From Octopus sinensis (Eukaryota), in assembly GCF_006345805.1 (NCBI RefSeq), contig NC_043018.1:5828001-5892000 (forward strand): a stretch of DNA of 64,000 nt, written 5' to 3'. Both the position numbers and the translations under genes were made by a program. Shown here piece by piece: positions 39,228-49,978 of the stretch (position 1 is its first letter; every line of letters begins with the position of its first letter). The notes under the pieces were generated by a model. The model did no database searches. It worked only from the letters and a program-made list of their open reading frames with translations, and was not told the DNA's origin.

Positions 39228-42200
39228 AACATCAACATGTTGTCGAGTTATCGATGTTGTGAAGGCGCATGGTCTAGTGGTTACAGTGTTCCACACTGGA
39301 TTGCAAGATTGTGGTTTCAGTTTCCAGACTGGATGGTGTAATGCGTTCTTGAGCAAAACACTTCATTTCATGTTCTTCCTTGACCAGATTTCCACCTGAC
39401 AATGACACACTTGTCTACCTTTCAGGAATGTCATTTCGAAGGTGAATGTGAGCTAATGAATAGCACAAGTATTTTATTATTATATTATTTCTGTTGAAAT
39501 ACTCGACCTTTGTTGCAATAAATTTTGAAAATGATGAAGAATTCAGTAAAATAACTGTCATTATTAAGTTTTGGAGCATAAGCTAACATGGAATTCTGAT
39601 GAAAGGTTTATGCTGGTGTGCAGATGACATGTAAAAAAAAAAAGCTCGATTTTTCATGGCCATTGCTAGTACCGCCTGACTGGCCCTCGTGCCAGTGGCA
39701 CGTAAAAGCACCCACTACACTCTCGGAGTGGTTGGCATTAGGAAGGGCATCCAGCTGTAGAAACTCTCCCAGATCAAGATTGGAGCCTGGTACAGCCATC
39801 TGGTTCGCTAGTCCTCAGTCAAATTATCCAACCCATGCTAACATGGAAAGCGGACGTTAAACGATAATGATAATAATGATGATGATAAACAAATCGTCTG
39901 TGTTGGTTATTTCGCAAGAAATTGAATGTCCCTCACATGTCATCTATGACAGGAGTCTCCACCACATCACATTGCAAGCTGGTATCATATAATGCTGCCA
40001 TGGACCATTGCACAAATTGTAAGATGACCTGTCTTCATTCATTGATTTGAAATGATACATATCATATGATGCAATAACATATGGCATCAGTGAGCTGCAA
40101 TATATTATCATAACATCCTTGGGCCATTTCAGCTGCTTGTATTTTCAATTAGGCTCTTTTGGTTATTAGTTTGCAGTCATCATCATAGATGAGGAGGACA
40201 AACATGGGAACTGAATTAAAGGAAGCAAGTTTTGCTTTTATTTTACCGAAATCTCTTCTCTTCTGACAATGTGTTTCTATTTTAATTTTCTCTCCCTCTC
40301 TCTCTCTCTCTTTCTCGTTAATTTAGTATTACATTACTTATGGACCGAGTTATGAACTGACTGTGGATCCGGGAAACAGAAAAGACTTGAATTCTTATGA
40401 AAACATCAGAAGCATCTATAAGAAAGTTCTTGGTTAGTATTGAAGCTCATTCCGTCACTCTTTCACACACTTTCTCATTCATTCTTTGTGGCATTGGCGG
40501 CACAGCCGCCACCGCCGTTGGTGGGAGTTGTATCTTCTCTCACTTCTTGTTACATTTGGCATCCTCTTTTAACAGCTCATTTAGGGGAGCCCTTGTTTTG
40601 TGTATGTTTGGGACATAAACATGATAGCAGTTTACCAAGCCTATGGATGCGTGTAACGATTTGACATTTGTTGGGGGAGGCATATTCCGATGACAGAACA
40701 CGAGGAATACTGTAACAATGGTTGTTCTGTGTGTTCACCATCTGATCCTGGCAGAAATTTTTCTCTGAGACAAACCAAAGCATGTTCAGTCGGAGGGGAT
40801 GCTTGAGTTTGTTCAAAAGCTTCGTCGCGCTGTCTTTCCTTTTGTCCTTGATGGCTTGGGATAAAAATTGGCCCTTTCTCATCTTGTATGAGGAATACCG
40901 AATGTCTTCATCCACTACCTGCCTGATAAGAAACGCAGACCCTCCCATGTCCTTGGCGATGGATCTGACTGACTTGGAGGGATCGTTGTCAATAATGGCC
41001 TGGATCTCACCAACAAATTCAGGAATTCTTTTTTTATCAGAGTGATCAGAATTTTCTAATCTGCCGTACCTTTGTTATCACTATTAGACTCATTCACCTT
41101 TTTCCGAATCCTCTTCACTATCCTCAGATTGACACCCAACCACTCTGAAATGTTTGTATTAGAGTTTCTGGTTTGAATGCCAAACAGTACAGCATGTCGT
41201 TTCCAAATTTCTGGCAGAATGAATTGCGTCATGGTGCTGTTTTTCTCACAGACAGTGCCCAATACAGTGTAATTGACAAAATCAAAACAAACGATGTGCA
41301 TGCATGAAAATAAAAATATCAAATGGCGACAATTTACCAATCGCACACTCTGTATGTGTATGTATATGCATATATACATACATATGTATATACATATACA
41401 TATATATGCATGTATATGGATATTGTGTGTATATATATATGTGTGTGTGTTTCAGTGGGTGAGTATGTCCTGTATAAAAATGTGTATATCTGAATATCTA
41501 TCTGTCTGTCTATGCATATATATATATATATTATATATATATATAAATAAAATCATTTCATACCAAAATGTTCACATCAAAAAATTCCATTTTTTAAATT
41601 CCTGATCTGCTTAATTCTCCTCTCACCCTATTTTTTTTTGTGTGTATATATCTATGTATGAATATCTGTGAATGAATACATGTATATGTGTGTTTGTGTT
41701 TCTCTGTCTGTGTGTATTTATGTGTAAGGTGCTATGTTCTTATGTGTGTATATGTATGTGTGTACATCGCTCTATGTGTTTATGTATGTGTGTGTGGGTT
41801 TAGTATGTATGTTTGTAATATAACACTCCCTATTTAAACGGTGAATAACTAACTTTAAAATATCAATTTGAAAACCACTCCTATCAGAGCCACCTCCTAT
41901 AAACTTATAAACATCTAATTATTGAAGTGCAAGAATTAGTATTTTAAATGGTTTTTCTGATAATTTTTCCACTTCAATAATCAGATGTTTATAAGTTTAC
42001 AAAAGTGATTCTGATAGAAGTGGTTTTCAAACTGATATTTTAGAGTTTGTTATTCACTGTTTAATATATATATTTGTGGAGGTGCAATGGCCCAGTGGTT
42101 AGGGCATTTTGTGAGGTCAGGCACAAAAATACCTTAAATCATCCATAACTTGCAGTTAGCAACATTTATTAACCCTTTAGTGTTCAGATTATTCTATCAA

Positions 42201-42999
42201 ACATAATGCCTATTGATTCCCATTGATTTGAATTAATCATGCATTATCTCATATCTTCAAGATCTTGATGGTGTAATTAATGTAGAATAACATTGTGGGG
42301 TAGGTGTGAGAGTCTGGATCTGGTCAGTTTGAGCATAAAACGGATTAGCTATTTTGGCCGGATATGGCCGGTTTAAATACTAAAGGGTTAAACGTTATTA
42401 CTGTTATTTCTTTATGTTCTGCAAACAAAATGCACAAAAAAGCTACACATTTGAATTATGTTATATATACAATAATAATAAAGGACGTTACCGTATACAT
42501 TTTTACAAACCAAGGACGTTATATAGACCTCCTTGACTCAAGTTAGAGAAGGGGTGCGTATTATACACAAGGTTTAGGTTTTGCAGAGGTACAGCCCCTT
42601 AAAAATCCCCTGCATATTATATTCAAGGGCAGACTATACTCGAGGATTTACGGTAATCAATAGAATAAGTTCCAAACTTTAAAACGTAAGTACTGGGAAC
42701 GATTTCTGAAAACTCTATCTAAAAAGCCTGTTATTCATTGAAAAGTGAACGAAATTCGAATACGATGATTACTTAGTGCACTGTATACGTTTTTACAAAT
42801 CAAGGACGTTATAGAGACCTCTTTGACTCAAGTTAGAGAAGGGGTGCATATCATATACAAGGTTTAGGTTTTTCAGAGGTACAGCCCCCTAAAAATCCCC
42901 TGTGTATTATACTCAAGGGCGGACTATACCCGAGGATTTATGGTATGTATTTCTGTTTTTCTATTCACAGAGAACCTGAGTCAGCTGAGGGCGAAATAG
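2614..42999 (+). CDS. HDAC8: Histone deacetylase 8 (class I HDAC), complete spliced CDS, 11 exons, 420 aa
   Basis: Exons joined by hand at GT-AG sites give an open 1263-nt frame. Motifs seen: [58 protein letters not shown]. Trp before His-His and the DPM Met are HDAC8-type. Internal exon sizes 53/113/78/109/173/95/106 match my recollection of human HDAC8. Confidence 0.97.
3097..3748. mobile_element. hAT-type MITE
   Basis: ~24-29 bp TIRs and an 8-bp target-site duplication TTTTTAGA (3089-3096 and 3749-3756). Confidence 0.8.
4702..4857. mobile_element. Small TIR element with degenerate TTAGGG interior
   Basis: ACTACTTAAATA / TATTTAAGTAGT termini; TTAGGG-like run at 4766-4828. Confidence 0.6.
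5274..5670 (+). mobile_element. SINE family A
   Basis: CAGGAGTGGCTGTGTGGTAAG head, internal (TA)n, same tail. Confidence 0.85.
5990..6400 (-). mobile_element. Short element corresponding to the RTE LINE 3' UTR (family D)
   Basis: Same GGTTGGCGTTAGGAAGGGCATCCAGC core and CCATGCTAGCATGGAAA...(GAT)n tail; similar copies at ~7485, 13860-14660, 18245, 19600, 39620, 57370 and 60905. Confidence 0.85.
6530..7310 (+). mobile_element. tRNA-headed SINE family B, one head plus 4 tandem 184-bp bodies
   Basis: GGCGAGCTGGCAGAATCGTTAG head; units start at GGTATTT 6574, 6758, 6942 and 7126. The core CCTTTCATCCTTTCGGGGTCGATAAATTAAGTACC resembles the Deu/Nin SINE domain (from memory). Confidence 0.85.
7969..8021 (+). 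CDS. HDAC8: HDAC8 exon 2 ([17 protein letters not shown])
   Basis: ttccag|GGT...GAG|gtaatt; 53 nt; matches ASMVHSLIEAYALHKQM. Confidence 0.95.
8326..12270 (-). mobile_element. RTE-clade LINE copy 1, near full length (APE + RT + PHD, frameshifted) with repeat-containing 3' UTR and (GAT)n tail
   Basis: APE motifs [21 protein letters not shown]; RT motifs [17 protein letters not shown]; stop at 9150-9152; 3' UTR continues through the array to (CAT)n at 8326 on +. Confidence 0.93.
8515..9055 (-). repeat. ~61-bp tandem array (ABABABAB + divergent unit) in LINE 3' UTR
   Basis: CGGATGGTG core at ~8548, 8609, 8672, 8732, 8794, 8855, 8917, 8978 and 9044. Confidence 0.95.
12266..12628. repeat. Compound (TA)n/(TATG)n microsatellite
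   Basis: Directly visible. Confidence 0.98.
12629..13844 (+). mobile_element. Mariner (DD34D) transposon fossil, full length, transposase frameshifted
   Basis: TIRs TTGAGTTGGCAACTGAGTTCC / GGAACTTAGTTGCCAACCCAA with flanking TA; motifs [22 protein letters not shown]. Confidence 0.9.
14958..15094 (+). CDS. HDAC8: HDAC8 exon 3 ([24 protein letters not shown]...EQFGL)
   Basis: tgccag|G...CTAA|gtgagt; 137 nt, phase 2 to 1. Confidence 0.95.
15680..17576 (+). mobile_element. RTE-clade LINE copy 3, 5'-truncated, complete 3' UTR and (GAT)n tail
   Basis: ORFs 15750-16367 and 16527-16988 nearly identical to copies 1 and 2. Confidence 0.93.
17581..17991. mobile_element. hAT-type MITE, same family, interior in reverse orientation
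   Basis: Same TIRs; interior is the reverse complement of parts of 3097-3748. Confidence 0.75.
18805..19223 (-). mobile_element. SINE family A
   Basis: Reverse-complement full-length copy. Confidence 0.85.
20125..20297. repeat. Fold-back inverted repeat (MITE-like), 67-bp arms
   Basis: 20125-20191 vs 20231-20297, 2 mismatches. Confidence 0.9.
20370..20517 (+). CDS. HDAC8: HDAC8 exon 4 (YDCPTEKG...[12 protein letters not shown])
   Basis: ttgtag|GT...ACAG|gtaagg; 148 nt; catalytic His-His. Confidence 0.97.
21453..21656 (+). mobile_element. Short mariner-derived MITE
   Basis: Degenerate TIRs (GCTGAAAAGTTCC / GGAATTTTCAGC) with flanking TA, enclosing a transposase C-terminal remnant. Confidence 0.5.
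21760..24290 (-). mobile_element. RTE-like (RTEX-type) LINE, 5'-truncated; partial APE plus uninterrupted 704-aa RT ORF
   Basis: ORF 21766-23880 ([23 protein letters not shown]); APE remnant [10 protein letters not shown]...IDYL...SDH in 23877-24290; one frameshift in an A-run near 23905. Confidence 0.9.
24290..24626 (+). mobile_element. CR1/L2-type LINE 3' end with (ATT)n tail
   Basis: TRGHAYK...[21 protein letters not shown] is the typical CR1-group ORF2 C-terminus. Confidence 0.8.
24644..25032 (-). mobile_element. Non-autonomous Helitron-like element
   Basis: Same termini as 1751-2487 in reverse: CTAG plus hairpin at 24644-24672 and TCTATATATATAAAA at ~25032. Confidence 0.55.
25666..25778 (+). 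CDS. HDAC8: HDAC8 exon 5 ([11 protein letters not shown]...VDLDLHHGD)
   Basis: ttccag|A...GATG|gtaaga; 113 nt; Zn-binding Asp/His. Confidence 0.97.
26261..26793 (+). mobile_element. SINE family A with expanded (TA)n
   Basis: GGCGCAGGAGTGGCTGTGTGG (A-box) ... GGGTTCAGTCCC (B-box). Confidence 0.85.
27005..27082 (+). CDS. HDAC8: HDAC8 exon 6 ([25 protein letters not shown])
   Basis: ccccag|GT...CCTG|gtaaga; 78 nt. Confidence 0.97.
27823..28238 (-). mobile_element. SINE family B, one head plus 2 tandem bodies
   Basis: Reverse-complement of the 6530 architecture. Confidence 0.8.
28855..28963 (+). CDS. HDAC8: HDAC8 exon 7 ([35 protein letters not shown])
   Basis: atccag|GA...AAAG|gtaaaa; 109 nt. 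Confidence 0.97.
31656..32050 (+). mobile_element. SINE family A
   Basis: Same head, body and tail. Confidence 0.85.
32536..32587 (-). ncRNA. Type-I hammerhead ribozyme motif (Penelope-like element associated)
   Basis: AACCAC-CTGAAGA-(A)TGTC..GACA(C)-GAAAC-AATC-GTA-GTGGTT on -; 6-bp stem I, minimal stem III. Confidence 0.65.
32808..36012 (+). mobile_element. RTE-clade LINE copy 2, 5'-truncated in APE, 3' UTR array, terminal tail missing
   Basis: ORFs 32881-33735, 33644-34198, 34147-34872 and 34903-35367 (frameshifts and a stop). Confidence 0.93.
35415..36012 (+). repeat. ~61-bp tandem array (~10 units) in LINE 3' UTR
   Basis: ACCATCCGTT core recurs every ~61-62 bp from ~35444 to ~35995. 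Confidence 0.95.
36538..36589 (+). ncRNA. Type-I hammerhead ribozyme motif
   Basis: GCAAAAACTGT-CTGATGA-A CG GCAA CG A-GAAA-CTC A GAG-TA-ACAGATTTTGT; 11-bp stem I with one mismatch. Confidence 0.65.
36873..37045 (+). CDS. HDAC8: HDAC8 exon 8 ([33 protein letters not shown]...LLLGG)
   Basis: ttacag|G...GGAG|gttagt; 173 nt. Confidence 0.97.
37640..37830 (-). mobile_element. RLE-type (Dong/R4-like) LINE 3' coding remnant; second copy at 38685-38875
   Basis: On - it reads ..[15 protein letters not shown]...[15 protein letters not shown], similar to the RLE C-terminus; abuts (TAA)n-type repeats. Confidence 0.6.
38531..38625 (+). CDS. HDAC8: HDAC8 exon 9 ([31 protein letters not shown])
   Basis: ttgcag|GA...CAAG|gtaatt; 95 nt; catalytic Tyr. 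Confidence 0.97.
38880..39200 (-). mobile_element. RTE (BovB-like) LINE 3' end with (GAT)n tail
   Basis: [12 protein letters not shown]...KDKRRRR...[19 protein letters not shown]-terminal motif. Confidence 0.8.
40327..40432 (+). CDS. HDAC8: HDAC8 exon 10 ([23 protein letters not shown]...KKVL)
   Basis: atttag|TAT...CTTG|gttagt; 106 nt. Confidence 0.95.
40680..41352 (-). mobile_element. Tc1/mariner-superfamily (maT/DD37D-like) transposase fossil, 5' part
   Basis: ORF remnants KRHAVLFG..., [42 protein letters not shown]; one putative TIR near 41320-41352. Confidence 0.7.
41834..42064. repeat. Imperfect fold-back inverted repeat, ~95-bp arms
   Basis: TTAAACGGTGAATAAC...GAAGTG vs CACTTC...GTTATTCACTGTTTAA. 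Confidence 0.8.
42493..42945. repeat. Two direct copies of a ~160-bp MITE end
   Basis: GTATAC..CAAGGACGTTAT...GAGGATTTA(C/T)GGTA at ~42493-42655 and ~42783-42945. Confidence 0.75.
42971..42999 (+). CDS. HDAC8: HDAC8 terminal coding exon 11 (ENLSQLRAK*)
   Basis: tcacag|AG AAC CTG...AAA TAG; the phase fits exon 10 and it resembles human GNLKHVV*. Confidence 0.8.
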
Positions 43000-43499
43000 A
43001 ACATTGGTCTCTTAAAAGGAAGGAGATAAAAGAACCTTTTGTGGCTGCCTTTATGTTTTCACTGCAGGAGTTTGTTAATCACAGAAGCATGTTGAAATAA
43101 GTGTTTTGGTGGGGTGGGGTAAGGGGAGGGGAAAAAGAAAAAAAAATACTGTTATTGCTTGATTCACTTTTGTGTTTTTCACCTGGTGATTCTCATTGAA
43201 ATATCGTTAGATGTGTGACTTACTATATATATTGCATTTAAGTATGGAATGTGCAGGTGTAATGTATGAATTTTATGTTTGTTTGGATGACGATGATGAT
43301 GATGGTGTGTGTGTGTATTATGTATATCATCATTATTATTTAACATCCAAGCTTGTATGGTGGGACACACGAAATTTGTTGGGACAGCTCTGTTTGCTGT
43401 CAGATGCTGTTGCTCTCTTTTTCTGCCCATATATACCGTATCTGCTTGTTGATAGGTTGCACCCTTAGTTTGAGATTGTCAGAGTTGGTATTTGCAGTT

Positions 43500-43765
43500 G
43501 GTATATATGTGTGTGTGTGTGTATATATATATATATACGTATATATATATGTATATATGTGTGTGTATATATATGTGTATATATGTGTATATATATATAT
43601 ATATTTATGTATATATGTGTGTGTATATATATATTTATGTATATATGTGTGTATATATATAGGTATATTTGTGTGTATATATATATAGGTATATTTGTGC
43701 GTATATATATATAGGTATATTTGTGTGTATATATATATGTGTATATATATATATGTATATATATG

Positions 43766-43796
<31 letters not shown>

Positions 43797-44057
43797 TATT
43801 ACCAATGATAGTCCAGTACATGTGTGTATGTGTCTGCATCTGTGTGCATGTGTGTCTATATGTATGTGTGTGCATATTTGTCAATGAGAACCTGTACATA
43901 TGTGTGTCTATGTGCATATGTATGTGTATATGTACAATATATGTACGTGTATAAATGTATGTACGTGTAAGAATCACTATGTACATGTATATATTCTGTG
44001 TATGTGTAGTTGCGTGTCTGAGATTACTATCTAATGTAAGTACTTACAAAACCGGAT

Positions 44058-44114
<57 letters not shown>

Positions 44115-44360
44115 TATATAAATAATGCCCTGAAATATATAAATATATATATGTATGTATATATGTATGTATATATATATGTATGTATGTATATATTTAT
44201 GTATGTATATATATTTATGTATGTATATATATATGCATGTATGTATATATATATGTATATATATATATATGTATATGTATATATGGGTTAAATGATGGTG
44301 ATGATGATGGTATGTGTGCATGCATATGTATCTGTTTATATGTATGTGTGTGTGTGTGTG
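43500..44360. repeat. Compound (TA)/(TG)/(CT)/(CA) microsatellite field
   Basis: Directly visible. Confidence 0.95.
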
Positions 44361-45305
44361 TATTGATGTGTGTAAATTCATGTCTTTTAAATTGTTTTCA
44401 TAATTTACCTTTTAACACACACACATAAATTAAACTATTTCTCCACCTGTCCACTGCTTACCTGCTATTTTATATACAAGTTCATATTTTCATAACATGT
44501 GGCTCTTTGAATTCCTGTTGTGTCTCTGATGAAATGTGTGTTGATGTGTGTGTTGATATATATATGTGTGTGTGTCTGTTTTTATGTATGTGTGTATCTT
44601 GATATATGTGTATGTTTATGTTTACATATATATATATGTGTGTGTATGTATGTCCCACCCATGCCAGTATGGAAGGCTGATGTTAAATGATGATGGTATG
44701 TGTGTGTGCATATGTATCTGTTTATATGTATATATGTGTGTGTGTATGTGTTGATGTGTGTAAATTCATCTTTTAAAATATTTTCATAATTTACCTTTTA
44801 ATATTTTTGTTATATCCTTTATATATATTATTTTATTTGTTTTAGAAATAAATAAAAAATTTGCTTTTTTTTCTCCTTTCTCTCCCTTTTTTTTTTTTAG
44901 TTTTGAATACCTGCTCAATCATTGTTACTAAAGGCACAAGGTCTGAAATTTTGTGGAAAGGGGGAGATAATCAATTGCATCAACGCCTTCTACTCAGCTG
45001 GTACTTATCTTATTGACCCCCGAACGGATTTTAGGCAAAAATCGTCCCCAGCGGAATTTGGATCCCCTTCCTCCCCACCTTCTTTATTATTAGGATGGCG
45101 AGATGGCAGAATCGTTAGGAAGCTGTGAAAAATGTTTAGTGACATTTCGTCTGTTTTCATGTTCTGAGTTCAAATTCTGTTGAGATCAACTTTGCCTGTA
45201 ATCATTCTGGGGTTGATAAATTAAGTACCAGTGAAACATTGGTGTCAGTGTAATCAGCTTGCCCCCTCCCGCAAAACTTAAGGCCTTGTGCCTTTAGTAG
45301 AAACG

Positions 45306-45306
<1 letters not shown>

Positions 45307-45338
<32 letters not shown>

Positions 45339-47755
45339 TTCCTTCTTTCTTCAAATTTTCTTCCGTTTCTCGCCGAGTGTTTTCCATACACATTATTATT
45401 ATTATTATTATTTTTTTTTTTTTTTCTTCTTCTTTCAAATTTGCTTCCATTTCTTGCCGAGTGTCTTCCCGACTCCTAGGGCAAAGAAACTCATAGTATA
45501 CATTGGTAGGCCATTAAACCAAACTCAATAGTTGGTTCATTTAAAAAAAATTTTTTTTTTTTTAAGTTAAATTAAAATACATGAGCAGCAACAGTTCTCA
45601 CATCGACAATGCTCTTCTCAATATGTGTGATGTACCAGTTAAGACAATCTTTTGCACTTCTTGCAGGGATGGTAAGCCAACGATCATTCTCATATAATTT
45701 TCGGTTCCCTTCTTGATCATTCCTAGTGCTCCTACGATCACTGGTATTGTAACCGCCTTGAGATGCCACATTTTCTCAATTTCAATGAGTAGGTCTTTAT
45801 ATTTTCTGAGCTTGTCAAACTCTTTCGCTGAGATATTATGATCACAGGGGATGCTCATGTCAATCAATAAGCAAACTTTATTGTTTTGGTCTTTCACAAC
45901 AATATCTGGTTTATTGGCCTTGATGGTTCGGTCTGTATGTACTGGAAAGTCCCACAGAATGGTTACATTTTCTCCTTCAGTTACAGCCTCAGGGTGGTGA
46001 TTATACCACTTGTCGGCAGTTTTGATATTGTAATGCCGACTTATTAGCCAGTGTAGATATTGGCCAACTCTGTCATGTCTTAATTTATACTCCACTGGTG
46101 CTAAGACTTTACATCCAGAGATTAGGTGGTCCACTGTTTCAATCATGTCGTTGCAGAATCGGCATTTTGGGTCTGCTCCATTTTTCATCACATTGGCCTG
46201 GTAGTTCCGGGTTAATAGGCTTTGATCTTGAGCAGCCAGGATGAAACCTTCGCTCTCTGCTTTTAGCCCTGAGCTCCGTAGCCACTGATGGGTTTGCTTC
46301 TGGTCACATCAGCTTGTTTGCTGCGGGTCACATATTTGCCGTGCAGAGGTTCTCCTCCCACCTATCAGCCAATTGCTCGTGCGCTTTTTTTGTTGCCATC
46401 ATTTTCACCTTCTTTGCAACAATAGTTGCCGTACTTCCCTCGGGTTGTTCAGTTTGGGTATCCTGCACGAGATCAATAGCAAATTTTTTGCTTTCCTTTA
46501 TAATAGAATGAAGCTTCTTTCGTCTCTCGTGATTTTCCACGAGCTTTAGCATCCAGTCATTCGATATTTTGAGATATTTGGCCAGTCCAATTGTGGTTGT
46601 TTTGTAAGCTAGTTCAAATTGGATCAGGCCTCAACCTCCTTGGGCTCTGGGAAGGTAAAGGCGATCTACGTCTGCCTTTGGGTGGTGCATCCTATTACAA
46701 CTCAGCAGCTTGCGTATTTTCCTATCTATATTCTTTACTTCACTCATATTCCAGTTCAACACATTGTAGCTATAAGTAACAACTGGAACTGCTAAGGAAT
46801 TTATAGCTAACACCTTGTTACGTGCATTTAGTTCAGATTTCAGGACTGCACGAACTCTCCTATAACATTCCTTCCTGATCTTCTCTTTCATGCTTGCATA
46901 CTGAATACCAGAGCCTTCATTTATCCCTAAATATTTGTATGTTTGTTCTTGCTCAAGCTCTCTTATGACTGTGTCAACATCTAACACGACTGAATTTGTG
47001 GTCTTCACTTTCCCTTTCTGGAAAGTGGCCTTGGCACACTTCTCAAGTCCAAACTCCATCCCGATGTCATCGCTGAATGCTTTCATGGTGCGCAATAGGC
47101 CTTCAAGTTCATTATTGTCTTTACCATAAAGTTTTAAGTCATCCATATAAAATAGATGGCTTATTTTTTTATTGGCAATTTTATACCCATACCCTGTCTG
47201 TTTATTCACTTGTAAGGGGTATTAGGGCTATGCAGAATATTAAAGGTGAAAGTGAGTCACCTTGAAAAATTCCACAGTTGATGTTTATATTTTCTGGAGG
47301 CAAGTACTCCATTAGAGTGGTATAATTGGAGATTCGTATTCCACAATGACATATTGTGCTTCAGGAAGTTTGAAATCACAGGGGAAATTTGAAGATGTCC
47401 AGCGATCTCAAGATCCATGGATGCGGTATACTGTCGAAGGCCTTTTTATAGTCAATCCATGCGGTGCTGAGATTTCTGCGCTTGTTGTGACAGTTCTCAA
47501 GGATCATACGATTGATTAGCAGTTGATCTTTGCATCCGTAAGAGCCTCGGCGGCACCCTTTTTGTTCAATGGGGAAACTATCGTTCTTCTTCATGAATGC
47601 ATATGTTTTCTCCGCCAGGATAGATGTTAGGATTTTATACGTGGTGGATAGACAGGTTATAGGCCGATAGTTTTTTGGAAGGTTGGTTTCGTTATTCTTT
47701 GGTTTCGTTATTCTTCTTCTTATCATATTATTATTATTATTATTATTATTATTAT
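45307..47755 (-). mobile_element. Dong/R4-type LINE (RT + CCHC + restriction-like endonuclease), 5'-truncated, in (TAA)n
   Basis: RT motifs IDYKKAFDS, FQGDSLSP, FYMDDLKLY; CRFC..ETVDHLISGC; KPDIVVKD...IDMS; (ATT)n on both flanks. Confidence 0.9.
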
Positions 47756-48090
47756 GGCGCATGGCTCAGTGGTTAGAGCATACAGCTTACGATCGTGAGG
47801 TTGTAAGTTCAATTCCCGGACTCGGCTGCGAGTTGTGTTCTTGAGCAAGACACTTTATTTCACGTTGCTTCAGTTAACTCAGCTGTAGAAATGAGTTGTG
47901 ACATCACTGGTGCCAAGCTGTATCGGCCCCTTTGCCTTTTCCTTGGATAACATCGGTGGTGTGGAGACGGAAGGCTGGTATGCATGGGCGACTGCTAGCC
48001 CTCAACAAAACAATCTTGCCCTGACTTGTGCCTTGGAGGGTAACTTTCTAGGTGCAATCTCATGGTCATTTATGACCAAAGGGGTCTCCT
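47756..48090 (+). mobile_element. tRNA-headed SINE family C
   Basis: GGCGCATGGCTCAGTGGTTAGAGC...GGTTGTAAGTTCAATTCCC head, then CTTGAGCAAGACACTTTATT; related copies at ~5915, 18030, 28370 and 29455. Confidence 0.75.
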
Positions 48091-48091
48091 C

Positions 48092-48127
<36 letters not shown>

Positions 48128-48529
48128 GAGTGAGAGAGCAGTGCATGCCATCAAAGTGACACTGGGGTAAAATATAAGAAGCCCAGTATACCCATCATGA
48201 CTACCCGTCTGATATGGGTACACTAGGCACATGCATCACAACCATGTGTGCGTGACATGGTGATCTCATATCAAGATAAACAGTGCATGACCTTGCAGGA
48301 TTTGTGGCAAAACTTGAAACCATTATTATTACTAGGCAGCAAGCTAGCAGAATCGTTAGCACACCGGGCGAAATACTTTGCGGCATTTTTGTCCATCTTT
48401 ACGTTCTGATTTCAAATGCTGCCGAGGTCCTTCATCCTTCTGGAGTCGATAAATTAAGTACCAGTGAAACACTGGGGTCGATCTAATCGACTAGTTCCCC
48501 TCTCCATAAATTTCAGGTCTTGTGCCTTT

Positions 48530-48930
48530 ACTCTTACTCTCTTTTACTCTTTTACTTGTTTCAGTCATTTGACTGTGGCCATGCTGGAGCACCGCCTTTA
48601 GTCGAGCAAGTTGACCCCAGGACTTATTCTCTGTAAGCCCAGTACTTATTCTATCGGTCTCTTTTTCCGAGCCGCTAAGTTACGGGGACATAAACACACC
48701 AGCATCGGTTGTCAAGCGATGTTGGGGGAACAAACACAGACACACAAATATATACACACACATACATATATATATACATATATACGACGGGCTTCTTTCA
48801 GTTTCCGTCACTAGACTTTGGTCGGCCCGAGGCTATAGTAGAAGACACTTGCCCAAGGTCTTCAGTGGGACTGAACCCGGAACCATGTGGTTGGTAAGCA
48901 AGCTACTTACCACACAGCCACTCCTGCGCC
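48530..48930 (-). mobile_element. SINE family A
   Basis: Reverse-complement copy. Confidence 0.8.
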
Positions 48931-49558
48931 TAATAGAAAAGATTATTACTACTGTTATTATTACTCAGATATTATCAAAACTCTACAGCTCTTGAAATAG
49001 CTGTAAAGCAAAAAACAAAAACAGAACACAACGAAAATCTCTGTCAGTTATGCAAACAGACGAGACCTTCTGAAAAATCATGTAGTAACAACCTTTTGAT
49101 CAATTCCTTGCTTCTCTCTCTGTCGCAGTATTATATATATGTGTGTGTATTTATGATATCTTCCTCTTCCCATCTTTCACATGTGCACAAAAAAAGATGG
49201 TGGATGGAAGACACATGTGAAACTTTTCACCTGTTTATTTCGTAAAAAAAAAAAAGCAGAAGAGAAAACTGGAAGAAACGATAACAAAAATAAAAGCAGA
49301 ATAACAACCAGCAAAGAAATTACTAAAGGTGGAAGAACATCTCCCCCCCGCCTGCTACTGTTAGTTTTTTTTCTAAAAATATGCAACTGTCACTTCAGCG
49401 TGCAATCTGTGCAGAAACGGGAAGAAATACAAAACACGAAAACAGCCACAGAACATTATATGAATGAGTGTGAGAAAGATAGATAGAGGGAGGGGATGCA
49501 TGAAGACAAATGTTAACTAATTATGTATGTATAAGTATGTGTGTTGATATATATATAT

Positions 49559-49590
<32 letters not shown>

Positions 49591-49829
49591 ATATATATAT
49601 ATATATATAATATATATATATATATTATAAAACTGAGAATGTCTATCTGTCTATCTGTCTGTGTGTTTCCCTAAAACTTGAGAACTACGCAACCAATTTC
49701 ATTCAAATTTTACACATGCCTTACTTAAACTTTTTGCCTAGGGCGACCCCACAGCAATATCATATCTTCTCCACTATTTCAGTATTACGTGTTTGTGTGT
49801 GTGCGTTTGTGTTTGTGTATGTGTGTGTG

Positions 49830-49861
<32 letters not shown>

Positions 49862-49978
49862 CGTATGTATATAGATACATATATATGCATGTGCGTATGT
49901 ATATACGTATGTATATATAATATATATACGTATATATATGAATATATATATATATATGTGTGTGTGTGTATACATATA

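Noticed and set aside
47756-47830. tRNA gene-like sequence (also the heads of SINE A and B)
   Set aside because: A and B boxes are present but there is no closed acceptor stem, and it continues into a SINE body
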